Source: Gemmatimonadales bacterium
Lineage (GTDB): Bacteria > Gemmatimonadota > Gemmatimonadetes > Gemmatimonadales > GWC2-71-9
Reading direction: 5' to 3'
DNA length: 48,821 bases
Assembly: GCA_013820855.1 (NCBI GenBank)
Contig: JACDHV010000002.1
Span: 1 to 48,821 of the forward strand
Part shown: positions 7,646-15,185 of the stretch, one piece after another
Numbering within the stretch: the first letter of the stretch is position 1
How the letters are laid out: every line of letters begins with the position of its first letter
The notes under the pieces: model-generated
Told to the model about the DNA's origin: nothing
What the model saw: the letters and a program-made list of their open reading frames with translations, nothing else
Databases searched by the model: none
Translations under genes and position numbers: made by a program

Positions 7646-8667
7646 TCGGCGCCGACGACGCGCAGCTCGCGCACCGCTCCGTGCAGGCGGGACAGCTCCT
7701 CCGGACCGAGCGCCATGCAGCGGTCGAGGATCTCGCGCGCCCGGGGATCTGAGTCGCGCATCTCGGCGCGCTCCTCGTCGGTGAGCGCGAGGATGTTCAG
7801 GATGAGGAGCTGATCGATCTCGCCGCCGTCGAAGAGGTCGCCGGGGCTCTCGGGGGCGATCCGGGGATAATCTCCGAGAATGATCGGGGCGGACAGCAGC
7901 GTGTGGCGCTCGCCAAGCTCGCCCACGAGCACGGGCCAGGCGCCGATGTTGCGGCACGCGGCGGCGGCGGCGGCGAGCTCCGCGGGCGGGTCGGTGAGCG
8001 ATACGAAGGCGCCGCCATTCGCCTGGACGGTGGCATGAGTCGAGATGAGCGCCCTCCGCTGCGCCGCCTCGCGACTGCCGCCGCTCCACGGCGTCGTGTT
8101 GGCGATTTCGATTCGGAGCCGCCAGAGCCCCGGCTGCACCGCCACCGCGCGGAGCGTGACGGCGCCCTGGATCCCGTCCCACGACCGCACCACGGCGCCG
8201 ACCGGCCGCCCCTCCTCGAGGACCGGCTCCTCGGCGGTCCCGGCGGCGATGTCGAGCGGCACCAGCCGCGGCGTTTCGAGTGCCGCCGGCGCCAGATCGT
8301 CCAGGATGACCTGGCGCTCGACCGCCTCCTCCCAGGCGAGGTGGCGGCGTCCGCCGGCGACCAGCTCGTCCACGTACCGTCGATTTCCATCCGCATCGCA
8401 CGCAACCCGTCGGTCGACGACCTGAAGGAACCGCACCCGGACCCGCAGCCGTGCCGCAGCCGGGTCGGCAGCCTCGAGGAGGCACTCGGTGACGATCCGC
8501 CAGGCGTCATCACCGCCGCGGGCGTCGCTCCACGCCTGCGGGTACACGCCACCGAAGGTCCAGCGCTGGCGGTTCTTCAGCGCGGAACGGCGGTACGGCC
8601 AGAGCAGGTAGCCCTCGTAGAGCACCGCCTGCGCGATGCGCTCGAGCGCGGCATCGGAGCCGCTCAT
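7642..8667 (-). CDS. 341-aa conserved-looking protein of unknown function in the hydrogenase operon
   Basis: ATG-initiated ORF that starts 1 nt after the preceding stop, and its own stop overlaps the next start (ATGA). Globular composition; no motif recognised. Confidence 0.8.
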   Translation of the reverse strand: MSGSDAALERIAQAVLYEGYLLWPYRRSALKNRQRWTFGGVYPQAWSDARGGDDAWRIVTECLLEAADPAAARLRVRVRFLQVVDRRVACDADGNRRYVDELVAGGRRHLAWEEAVERQVILDDLAPAALETPRLVPLDIAAGTAEEPVLEEGRPVGAVVRSWDGIQGAVTLRAVAVQPGLWRLRIEIANTTPWSGGSREAAQRRALISTHATVQANGGAFVSLTDPPAELAAAAAACRNIGAWPVLVGELGERHTLLSAPIILGDYPRIAPESPGDLFDGGEIDQLLILNILALTDEERAEMRDSDPRAREILDRCMALGPEELSRLHGAVRELRVVGAE

Positions 8668-8668
8668 G

Positions 8669-8893
8669 TCAGGGGGGGGAGAGGTTGGGCATGCGTGGGT
8701 CGATCGGGTTCCGGTTCTTGGCGTTGATTCCGGTGGACCGGGCGGCGGTGGAGGTGCCGTCGGGCAGATGCCCGTCCTGGGCCTCGTAGTTGCCGGGCGA
8801 GTTGCCCTGCTTGACGCCCTTGACGTGCGTGGGCGCGCCCGGCGAGGTCTGTGGCTTGCCGACGGTCAGGTTGTTCGACTGTTTCGACTTCAT
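8669..8893 (-). CDS. 74-aa hydrophilic, low-complexity (N/Q/K/G/P/S/T-rich) protein
   Basis: Internal ATG at codon 38 of ORF 8669..9004, preceded by a strong SD (GGGGGAGGTGGCACGATG): MKSKQSNNLTVGKPQTSPGAPTHVKGVKQGNSPGNYEAQDGHLPDGTSTAARSTGINAKNRNPIDPRMPNLSPP. ATGA overlap with the upstream gene. Confidence 0.6.
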   Translation of the reverse strand: MKSKQSNNLTVGKPQTSPGAPTHVKGVKQGNSPGNYEAQDGHLPDGTSTAARSTGINAKNRNPIDPRMPNLSPP

Positions 8894-9552
8894 CGTGCCA
8901 CCTCCCCCGGTTCGGACGACGCCGGCGCCGCGCGGCGCCGCAGATCGTCGAAGAACAGATCCAGTTTCTCCCATACGGTATCGCCGCCGCTGAGACCCTT
9001 CCACTCGCCGCGCAGCAGGGCGACGAGGCGATAGCAGACATCGATCGGGACGAGCCAGCAGTCGCGCGCCCCCCGCGCCCGGTTGACGAGCACCGCCTCG
9101 ACGTCGCTCTGCAGCTCACGGATTACCGGGTGCGCGGCTTCGAGCGCGGACCACTCCGGTGGGTCGATGGTCGCGTCCGTCGGGCCCAGCGCGCCCGGGA
9201 ACACCGCCACCGGCCCGCTCTCGGAATGCCGGACGAGGAATGCGAGCGCGACCGGAATCCGGAGCGTCTCCCAGACAGCGTCGTCGTGTGCCAGCTCCGG
9301 GAGCGCCTGAAGGCGCTCGGGAACCAGCCGGTAGCGTCCGCCATGCGTCGCCGAGAGGTCGAGCACCATGGCGCAGGGCCGGCAGGCGCAGCGCAGCAGG
9401 CCGGCCGACAGTTCCACCAGATGCTGATGCTCGGGCGGAATCGGTGTGGCGCAGAGATCGCAGCGTTCGGGCGCCCCCGGATCATCCGCGGAGCGCGGCG
9501 GTGCCGCGGCAGTGGCACCGCGCCGGATCAGACCGCGCAACCGGCCGGTCAT
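8890..9552 (-). CDS. 220-aa Cys-rich protein (recalled to resemble DUF5947-type proteins of group 1h clusters)
   Basis: Internal ATG at 9552 with an ATGA overlap to the NifU-like gene. The N-terminal region carries CDLCATPIPPEHQHLVELSAGLLRCACRPC, five Cys arranged like a metal site. Confidence 0.75.
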   Translation of the reverse strand: MTGRLRGLIRRGATAAAPPRSADDPGAPERCDLCATPIPPEHQHLVELSAGLLRCACRPCAMVLDLSATHGGRYRLVPERLQALPELAHDDAVWETLRIPVALAFLVRHSESGPVAVFPGALGPTDATIDPPEWSALEAAHPVIRELQSDVEAVLVNRARGARDCWLVPIDVCYRLVALLRGEWKGLSGGDTVWEKLDLFFDDLRRRAAPASSEPGEVAR

Positions 9553-10085
9553 CGCCCGTTGCCGAGCTGCACCAGCATCGGGGCGGCGGGCGGCGCGGGT
9601 GCGGAAGCGCCGTTCTCCGCCTCGATGCCCGTGAGCTCCGGCGCGGCCCGGAGCACCGCCTCCTCGACCGAGCTGTGCAGCGTAACGGCCGACGACGGGC
9701 ACCCCTTGCAGCTGCCGGTGAGCCGCACGCGCGCGATGCCGCCGTCTACGGCGAGCAGCTCGACATCGCCGCCGTGCGAGCGGATGTAGGGCCGCACCTC
9801 GTCGAGCGCCGCCCCGACCCGCGCCTCCACCGCATCGGGATGCAGCTCGTGCAGCATCAGCAGATGACCCACGAGCGGATCGGCGGTGAAGCGGTCCAGC
9901 AGGCCGGGGCCGCCGACATCCGAGGCGGCAGCCACGATGCGGGCGAGCGCCGCGCCGTAGAGCTCGACGATTCCCTGCACCGCCGCGAGCGCGGCGTCGC
10001 GGGCGGCGGGATCCTCGATCAGTTCGACCTGCGCGAGCAGCGCCTCGACCTCGGCGGCCCGCGCATCGAGCGACGGGTCGCTCAC
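9549..10085 (-). CDS. NifU C-terminal-domain (Nfu-like) Fe-S scaffold-type protein
   Basis: GTG at 10085 overlaps the hhyL stop (GTGA). The sequence is MSDPSLDARAAEVEALL... and the C-terminal half carries LDEVRPYIRSHGGDVELLAVDGGIARVRLTGSCKGCPSSAVTL, the NifU/Nfu signature with CxxC. Confidence 0.85.
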   Translation of the reverse strand: MSDPSLDARAAEVEALLAQVELIEDPAARDAALAAVQGIVELYGAALARIVAAASDVGGPGLLDRFTADPLVGHLLMLHELHPDAVEARVGAALDEVRPYIRSHGGDVELLAVDGGIARVRLTGSCKGCPSSAVTLHSSVEEAVLRAAPELTGIEAENGASAPAPPAAPMLVQLGNGR

Positions 10086-11881
10086 CCGCCCAGCCCGTAC
10101 TGTGACGAATGCACCTGCTCGAGCACCTTGCCGTTGCCGAGATACATGTGCACGCCGCACGGGAGGCAGGGATCGAAGCTGCGCACGGCGCGCATGATGT
10201 CGATGCCCTTGAAGTCGTCGGGGCCGTTCTCCTCGAAGATCGGCATGCCCTGCACCGCATCCTCGTACGGCCCGGGAGTCCCGAGACTGTCGCGGGGGCT
10301 GCCGTTCCAGGGAGTCGGCGGGTAGGGGTGATAGTTGGCGATCTTGCCGTCGCGGATCACCATGTGATGCGAGAGCACCCCCCGCACCGCCTCGTGGAAG
10401 CCGCAGCCGATGGCGTTCTCCGGCACCTTGAAATCGGTGAACGTCTTGGTCCTTCCGGCCCGCACCTCGTCCATGGCCTTCTCGAGGAAGAAGATGGCCT
10501 GCGCGGCGGCGTACGCGATGAAGTACGCGCGCGCCCGGTCCCGCTCGATGGTGTTGGACCACTGCGGGATCTTCCACTCGAGCGTGGCCGCGGGATGCTT
10601 GAGGCTCTTCGGCAGATTGATCTGCACGCTGTGCCCGGTGGCCTTCACGTAGCCGGTGTCGACGGTCCCGGCGAGCGCGGTGGCCCAGAAGCGCGCGAGC
10701 GGACCGCCGCCGGTGTCAAGCGCGAGGTGATCACCGCTCTGGGGATGGAACCAGCGCGGGCTCATGACCCAACTGTACTTGTCGTCGAAGTTCCGCTTCT
10801 GGGGGCGCGGAATCGTCGTCTGGTTCCACGGATGCCGCCGGTCCACCGGGTTCCCGAGCGGATCGGTGGACACGAACATCTCATCGTTCTCCCAGTCGTC
10901 GTAGAACGAGCTGCCGAGCAGGATGCGGATGCCGAGATTTATGTCCACCAGATCGGTGGTGATGAGCTTGCCGTCCACGACGATGCCCGGGGTGACGTAC
11001 ATCGCGTTGCCCCACTCGTTCATCGTGCGGTACTGGTAATCGCAGACGTCCGGGTTCTGGAACGCGCCCCAGCACCCGAGCAGGATGCGCCGCTGCCCCA
11101 CCCGCTCATATCCCGGCAACGCCTCGTACCAGAAATCGAAGATGTCGTCGTTCATCGCGACCGCTTCCTTGACGAAGTCGAGGATGGAGACGAGGCGCGA
11201 CAGGTAGTCGGTGAAGACCTGGGTGGTGGCGATGGTGCCGACGCCGCCGGGATAGACGGTGGACGGATGGACGTGGCGCCCTTCCATGAGGCAGAACATT
11301 TCGCGGGTGACGCGGCTGACCCTCAGCGCCTCCCGGTACACCGCCCCGGTGAAGGGGTTGAAGGCCCGCATGATGTCGCCGATGGTGCGGTATCCGTGGA
11401 TTTCGGAGTGCGGCGCGGGGGTGCGGTTCGCCTTGTCGAGGACGCCCGGATTGGTCTGCTTGACCATCTCCTCGCACCAGTCCACGAAGACCAGGTTGTC
11501 CTGGAAGATGGTGTGGTCGAACATGTACTCGGCGGCCTCGCCGAGGTTCACGATCCACTCCGCCAGGTTGGGCGGCTGGATGCCGTACGCCATCTGCTGG
11601 GCGTAGGTGGAGCAGACGGTGTGGTTATCGCCGCAGATGCCGCAGATCCGGCTGGTGATGAAGCCGGCGTCGCGGGGGTCCTTCCCCTTCATGAAGACGC
11701 TGTAGCCGCGGAAGATGGAGGAAGTGCTGTGGCACTCCGCGACCTCCCGGTTCTCAAAATCGATCTTGGTGTAGATGCCGAGATTCCCGACGATCCGGGT
11801 GATCGGATCCCAGTGCATCTCGACCAGCTTGCCGCGCCCCGCCGTGGAGGGGGCACCGGCGGCTACGTCTCGGGTGGCCAT
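10082..11881 (-). CDS. hhyL: [NiFe]-hydrogenase large subunit, group 1h (formerly group 5) type
   Basis: Internal ATG at 11881, preceded by a GAGGAG SD. The L1 motif is TSRICGICGDNH and the L2 motif is SFDPCLPCGVH, followed by a 21-aa C-terminal extension (MYLGNGKVLEQVHSSQYGLGG) of the kind removed by the maturation protease. 599 aa. Confidence 0.95.
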   Translation of the reverse strand: MATRDVAAGAPSTAGRGKLVEMHWDPITRIVGNLGIYTKIDFENREVAECHSTSSIFRGYSVFMKGKDPRDAGFITSRICGICGDNHTVCSTYAQQMAYGIQPPNLAEWIVNLGEAAEYMFDHTIFQDNLVFVDWCEEMVKQTNPGVLDKANRTPAPHSEIHGYRTIGDIMRAFNPFTGAVYREALRVSRVTREMFCLMEGRHVHPSTVYPGGVGTIATTQVFTDYLSRLVSILDFVKEAVAMNDDIFDFWYEALPGYERVGQRRILLGCWGAFQNPDVCDYQYRTMNEWGNAMYVTPGIVVDGKLITTDLVDINLGIRILLGSSFYDDWENDEMFVSTDPLGNPVDRRHPWNQTTIPRPQKRNFDDKYSWVMSPRWFHPQSGDHLALDTGGGPLARFWATALAGTVDTGYVKATGHSVQINLPKSLKHPAATLEWKIPQWSNTIERDRARAYFIAYAAAQAIFFLEKAMDEVRAGRTKTFTDFKVPENAIGCGFHEAVRGVLSHHMVIRDGKIANYHPYPPTPWNGSPRDSLGTPGPYEDAVQGMPIFEENGPDDFKGIDIMRAVRSFDPCLPCGVHMYLGNGKVLEQVHSSQYGLGG

Positions 11882-11895
11882 GGCGGGTCTCCTCG

Positions 11896-12954
11896 TCAGC
11901 GATTCAGGTGGCGCGGCGCGTAGCCGGTCGTGAGCGCCGGGCGGTTGTGGCGCCACTTCGGCTCCTTGTTCACCGTGTCGTTGGTGATGGCGCGGAGCCG
12001 GCGGAAGAGCTTGCCGTACGCGCCGATCATCGTGGAGGACACGGTGCCGCCGGGCGGCTGGTCCATGAACGGCATGAACTTGTCGGGGAAGCCGGGCATG
12101 GTGCAGCCGATGCAGATGCCGCCGACGTTGGGGCAGCCCCCGATTCCGTTCATCCATCCGCGCTTCGGCACGTTGCAGTTAACGACCGGACCCCAGCAGC
12201 CGATCTTCACCTGGCACTTGGGGCTGTTGTAGTCGTGCGCGAAATCGCCCTGCTCGTAGTAACCCGCGCGGTCGCAGCCTTCGTGCACCGTCTTGCCGAA
12301 GAGCCAGGTGGGACGGAGCTGGTCGTCGAGCGGAATGACCGGCGCCTTGCCCGCCGCCTGGAAGAGCAGCCAGGTGAGGGTCTCCATGAAGTTGTCGGGC
12401 TGGACCGGGCAGCCGGGGACGTTCACGATGGGGAGGCCGCCGGCGGAGCGGAAATCCCAGCCGAGGTAGTCGGCGAGACCCATGCAGCCGGTGGGATTGC
12501 CGGCCATGGCGTGAATCCCGCCGTAGGTGGCACAGGTGCCGGCGGCGACGACGCCCCAGGCGCCGGGCGCCAGCCGGTCGATCCACTCGTTGACCGTGAT
12601 CGGCTCGCCGGTGGCGGGGTCGTTCCCCATCGAGGTCCAGTAGCCCTCGCCGTTGATCTGCTCGTTGGGAATGGAGCCCTCGATGACGAGCACATACGCC
12701 GCACCGAGCTCGCCGCGCGCCGCCTTGAAGAACGGCTCGAGGAAGTCGCCCTGCCCTCCGCCCATACTCGGCGAGAGCACCTTGTTGTGCAGGTGCACCT
12801 TCGGGAGCCCGGGGATCAGGCCGAGTACCACGTCCTCTATGCTCGGCTGGGTGGCCGCCGTGATGGAAATGGTGTCGCCGTCACAGCTTAGCCCTTCCGA
12901 AATCCACAGGACGTGGACCTCGTCCACCCCGCCGCCGCTGGTCGTCTCATCCAT
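11896..12954 (-). CDS. hhyS: [NiFe]-hydrogenase small subunit, group 1h type, without a Tat signal
   Basis: 352 aa: MDETTSGGGVDEVHVLWISEGLSCDGDT...GTCATYGG...PGCPVQPDN...CWGPVVNCNVPKRGW...CPNVGGICIGC. There is no RRxFxK twin-arginine leader. A strong GAGGAGGA SD precedes the ATG. Confidence 0.95.
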   Translation of the reverse strand: MDETTSGGGVDEVHVLWISEGLSCDGDTISITAATQPSIEDVVLGLIPGLPKVHLHNKVLSPSMGGGQGDFLEPFFKAARGELGAAYVLVIEGSIPNEQINGEGYWTSMGNDPATGEPITVNEWIDRLAPGAWGVVAAGTCATYGGIHAMAGNPTGCMGLADYLGWDFRSAGGLPIVNVPGCPVQPDNFMETLTWLLFQAAGKAPVIPLDDQLRPTWLFGKTVHEGCDRAGYYEQGDFAHDYNSPKCQVKIGCWGPVVNCNVPKRGWMNGIGGCPNVGGICIGCTMPGFPDKFMPFMDQPPGGTVSSTMIGAYGKLFRRLRAITNDTVNKEPKWRHNRPALTTGYAPRHLNR

Positions 12955-13125
12955 CGGATGTCCTCCTCGCCGCTGCCGTCAGGCGCTTGTCGCGCGGAAT
13001 GCCAAACGGGTCCGGGCCGCTCCTGCCGGGATCAAGCTCGCCCGGAGGAGCGGCCCGACCGGGCCGCCACTGCTGCATCGTGACCTGCATCGAACGCCAC
13101 TCCCATCGCCGCCACCCCCTTCATT

Positions 13126-13143
13126 CCATACTACCCATACTAC
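13126..13143. repeat. Perfect tandem 9-bp direct repeat CCATACTAC x2 in the hhyS/hypA divergent region
   Basis: Read directly from the sequence. It lies in the only AT-richer patch of the intergenic region, just downstream of the putative minus-strand -10 element. Confidence 0.85.
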
Positions 13144-13156
13144 ACTAGGACCACCC

Positions 13157-13170
13157 TTGACATTCGTCAA
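13157..13170. promoter_or_regulatory. Perfect palindrome TTGAC-ATTC-GTCAA (FNR/FixK-type TTGA-N6-TCAA geometry) that also supplies -35-like hexamers for both divergent promoters
   Basis: On the plus strand, TTGACA (13157-13162) is followed by 18 nt and then TATGGG (13181-13186), just before the hypA GTG. On the minus strand, TTGACG (13170-13165) is followed by 17 nt and then TAGTGT (13147-13142). The assignment is by sequence resemblance only. Confidence 0.35.
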
Positions 13171-13192
13171 CACGCGGCCGTATGGGTCAGGG

Positions 13193-13558
13193 GTGCACGA
13201 GCTGTCGATCGCGATGAGTCTGGTGGAGGCGGCCTCCGAGGAGGCGCGCCGGCACGGCGACGTGCGGGTGGAGGCGCTGCACCTGCGGATCGGGGTGCTG
13301 GCCGGCGTGGTGCGGGAGGCGCTGGCGTTTTCGTTCGAGCTGGCCGCCGAGGGCACCCCCGTTGCCGGGGCGAGACTGATCATCGAGGAGGTTCCCGTGA
13401 CCGTGGCGTGCCCTACCTGCCAGGCCGAGCGGGCGCTCGCGTCGCCGCAGGAGTTCCGCTGTCCGGTCTGCGGGACGGCGACCGGGCACGTTGTGGCCGG
13501 CCGCGAGCTCGTTCTCACCGCCCTGGAACTGGAGGATCATGACTCCGCGAATCGTTGA
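13193..13558 (+). CDS. hypA: Hydrogenase nickel-insertion protein HypA
   Basis: GTG start giving (M)HELSIAMSLVEAA..., with the Zn site CPTCQ...CPVCG. 121 aa, taken from the frame of ORF 12653..13558. Confidence 0.9.
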   Translation: MHELSIAMSLVEAASEEARRHGDVRVEALHLRIGVLAGVVREALAFSFELAAEGTPVAGARLIIEEVPVTVACPTCQAERALASPQEFRCPVCGTATGHVVAGRELVLTALELEDHDSANR

Positions 13559-14195
13559 GGTCCGGCGCGACCTCCTCCGCAAGAACGACCTGCTCGCCCA
13601 TCAGCTCCGATCGCGCTTCGCCGCCGCCGGGGTCACGGTCGTGAACCTCGTGTCGGGCCCTGGCGCCGGCAAGACCGCGCTGCTCGAAGCGACCCTCGCC
13701 GCGCTGCACCCCGGTCGCCGGGTGGCGGCGCTCGTCGGCGACCTGGCGACCGATAACGACGCGCGGCGGCTGGGACGCAGCGGGGCGCCGGTGCGCCAGA
13801 TAACCACCGGCACGGTCTGCCACCTCGACGCTGAGATGGTCGCCGCCGCGCTCGACGACTGGGACCTCGGGGCGCTCGACCTGCTGTTCATCGAAAACGT
13901 GGGGAATCTGGTCTGCCCGGCGAGCTTCGACCTGGGGGAGAGTCTGCGGGTGGTGCTGTTCTCGGTGACGGAGGGCGAGGACAAGCCGCTCAAGTACCCG
14001 ACGATCTTCAACGGCGCCGACCTGGCGGTGCTGACGAAGCTCGATCTCGCCGAGGCGGTCGAATTCGACCGGGCCGCCGCCTACCGCAACGTGCAGGCGG
14101 TGCGGCCGGGGCTCGAGATCGTCGAGGTGTCGGCCAAGCGCGGCACCGGGCTCGACGGGTGGCTCGCGCGGTTCAGCGCCCGTATTTCCGCATGA
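13539..14195 (+). CDS. hypB: Hydrogenase nickel-incorporation GTPase HypB
   Basis: Internal ATG after a GGAGGA SD, overlapping the hypA 3' end by 20 nt. It carries the P-loop SGPGAGKT, the ENVGNLVCPASFDLGE block and LTKLDL. There is no His-rich N-terminus. Confidence 0.95.
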   Translation: MTPRIVEVRRDLLRKNDLLAHQLRSRFAAAGVTVVNLVSGPGAGKTALLEATLAALHPGRRVAALVGDLATDNDARRLGRSGAPVRQITTGTVCHLDAEMVAAALDDWDLGALDLLFIENVGNLVCPASFDLGESLRVVLFSVTEGEDKPLKYPTIFNGADLAVLTKLDLAEAVEFDRAAAYRNVQAVRPGLEIVEVSAKRGTGLDGWLARFSARISA

Positions 14196-14927
14196 TCCCC
14201 CGCAACCGGTCATGCGGCAGGGCGTAGGACCGGACATCGTCGGCGCCGGTCATCGTGGTCGCCGCAACGAGCGCGTTCGTGATCGCCTCCTCAGTCGCCT
14301 GAACGGTGGCGGCGAAGAGCGGATCGATACGGCTGTTCGGCACCATCGCGAGCGGTACCGGGGCCGCCGAGTCGCGGGCCGCGCCGCGATTGGCAGTCGA
14401 AAAGGCGACGAAGATGTCGCCCGATCCGTTGCCGGCGATGCTCCCCTCCCGTCCGAGGCCGAGCGCCGCCCGCTTGACGATGCGCTCGAGCTGGTGCGGG
14501 AGCAGGGGCGCGTCGGTCGCGACGACGATGATGATCGATCCGAGCTCCCGCGCCGGCATCTCATCCGCGGCTCCATTCACCGCACCGGTGCGGCTCCCGC
14601 ACGCCGGCAGCCCCTTCAGGAATGCCTGCGACGGCTCGGCGCCGGCGGCGCAGAGCGTCGGCGCGTCGAACTCCCGCCCCACCAGCACTCCGGCGATCCG
14701 CAGCTGGCGCCGTGACCGTAGTTGCATTGCACGAGCACCCCGACGGTATAGCCGCCCTTGAAGCCGTTGCAGATCATGCCGGTGCCGCCGCCCACGGCGC
14801 CTTCGGCGACCGGCCCGCCCGTAGCGCCGTCCAGTGCGGCCGCCGCGTGTTCCGGCTTCACATGAAAGCCATCAATGTCGTTGAGGCGGTCGTCGCCATC
14901 TACGAGTATCAGTCGACCATGTATCAT
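14173..14927 (-). pseudogene. C-terminal relic of a DmpA/S58 (P1-family) aminopeptidase paralogue
   Basis: ORFs 14616..14927 and 14173..14727 together align to the C-terminal ~60% of the intact paralogue at 37840..39060 ([53 protein letters not shown]...RKYGR). The relic lacks roughly 190 N-terminal residues. It has a 14-codon deletion that removes IGTASRRLSDRAGG, the expected autoprocessing site. It also has a 1-nt frameshift near 14714. Confidence 0.8.
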
Positions 14928-15177
14928 GTTTAGGTCGTGGTGGTGGACGAGGTCTGGACCTCGGTGGGCTCCACCAATTTCGACAACCGGTCGTTCCGGC
15001 TGAACGACGAGGCCAACCTCAACATCCTCGACGCCGGGCTCGCCGCCGGCCAGGCGACGGTGTTCGAGGCCGACAAGGCGAGAGCCCGCCGGATCACATT
15101 CGATGATTGGCGCCGAGCGCCCCCGCCGGGAGCGGGCCGTCGAGTGGCTCGCGGGCCTGCTGCGGCTCCAGCTTTAG
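14889..15177 (+). pseudogene. C-terminal relic of a phospholipase D / cardiolipin synthase family gene (second HKD motif onward)
   Basis: The plus frame reads ...[12 protein letters not shown][TAG][29 protein letters not shown]. This is an H-x-K-x4-D...GS.N.D.RS motif with a stop codon (14931-14933) exactly where the catalytic Lys codon belongs. A frameshift in the C-run near 15120 separates ...ITFDDWRR from the typical tail [16 protein letters not shown] (TAG at 15175-15177). Everything upstream of ~14889 is missing. Confidence 0.75.
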
Positions 15178-15185
15178 GAGAGTCC

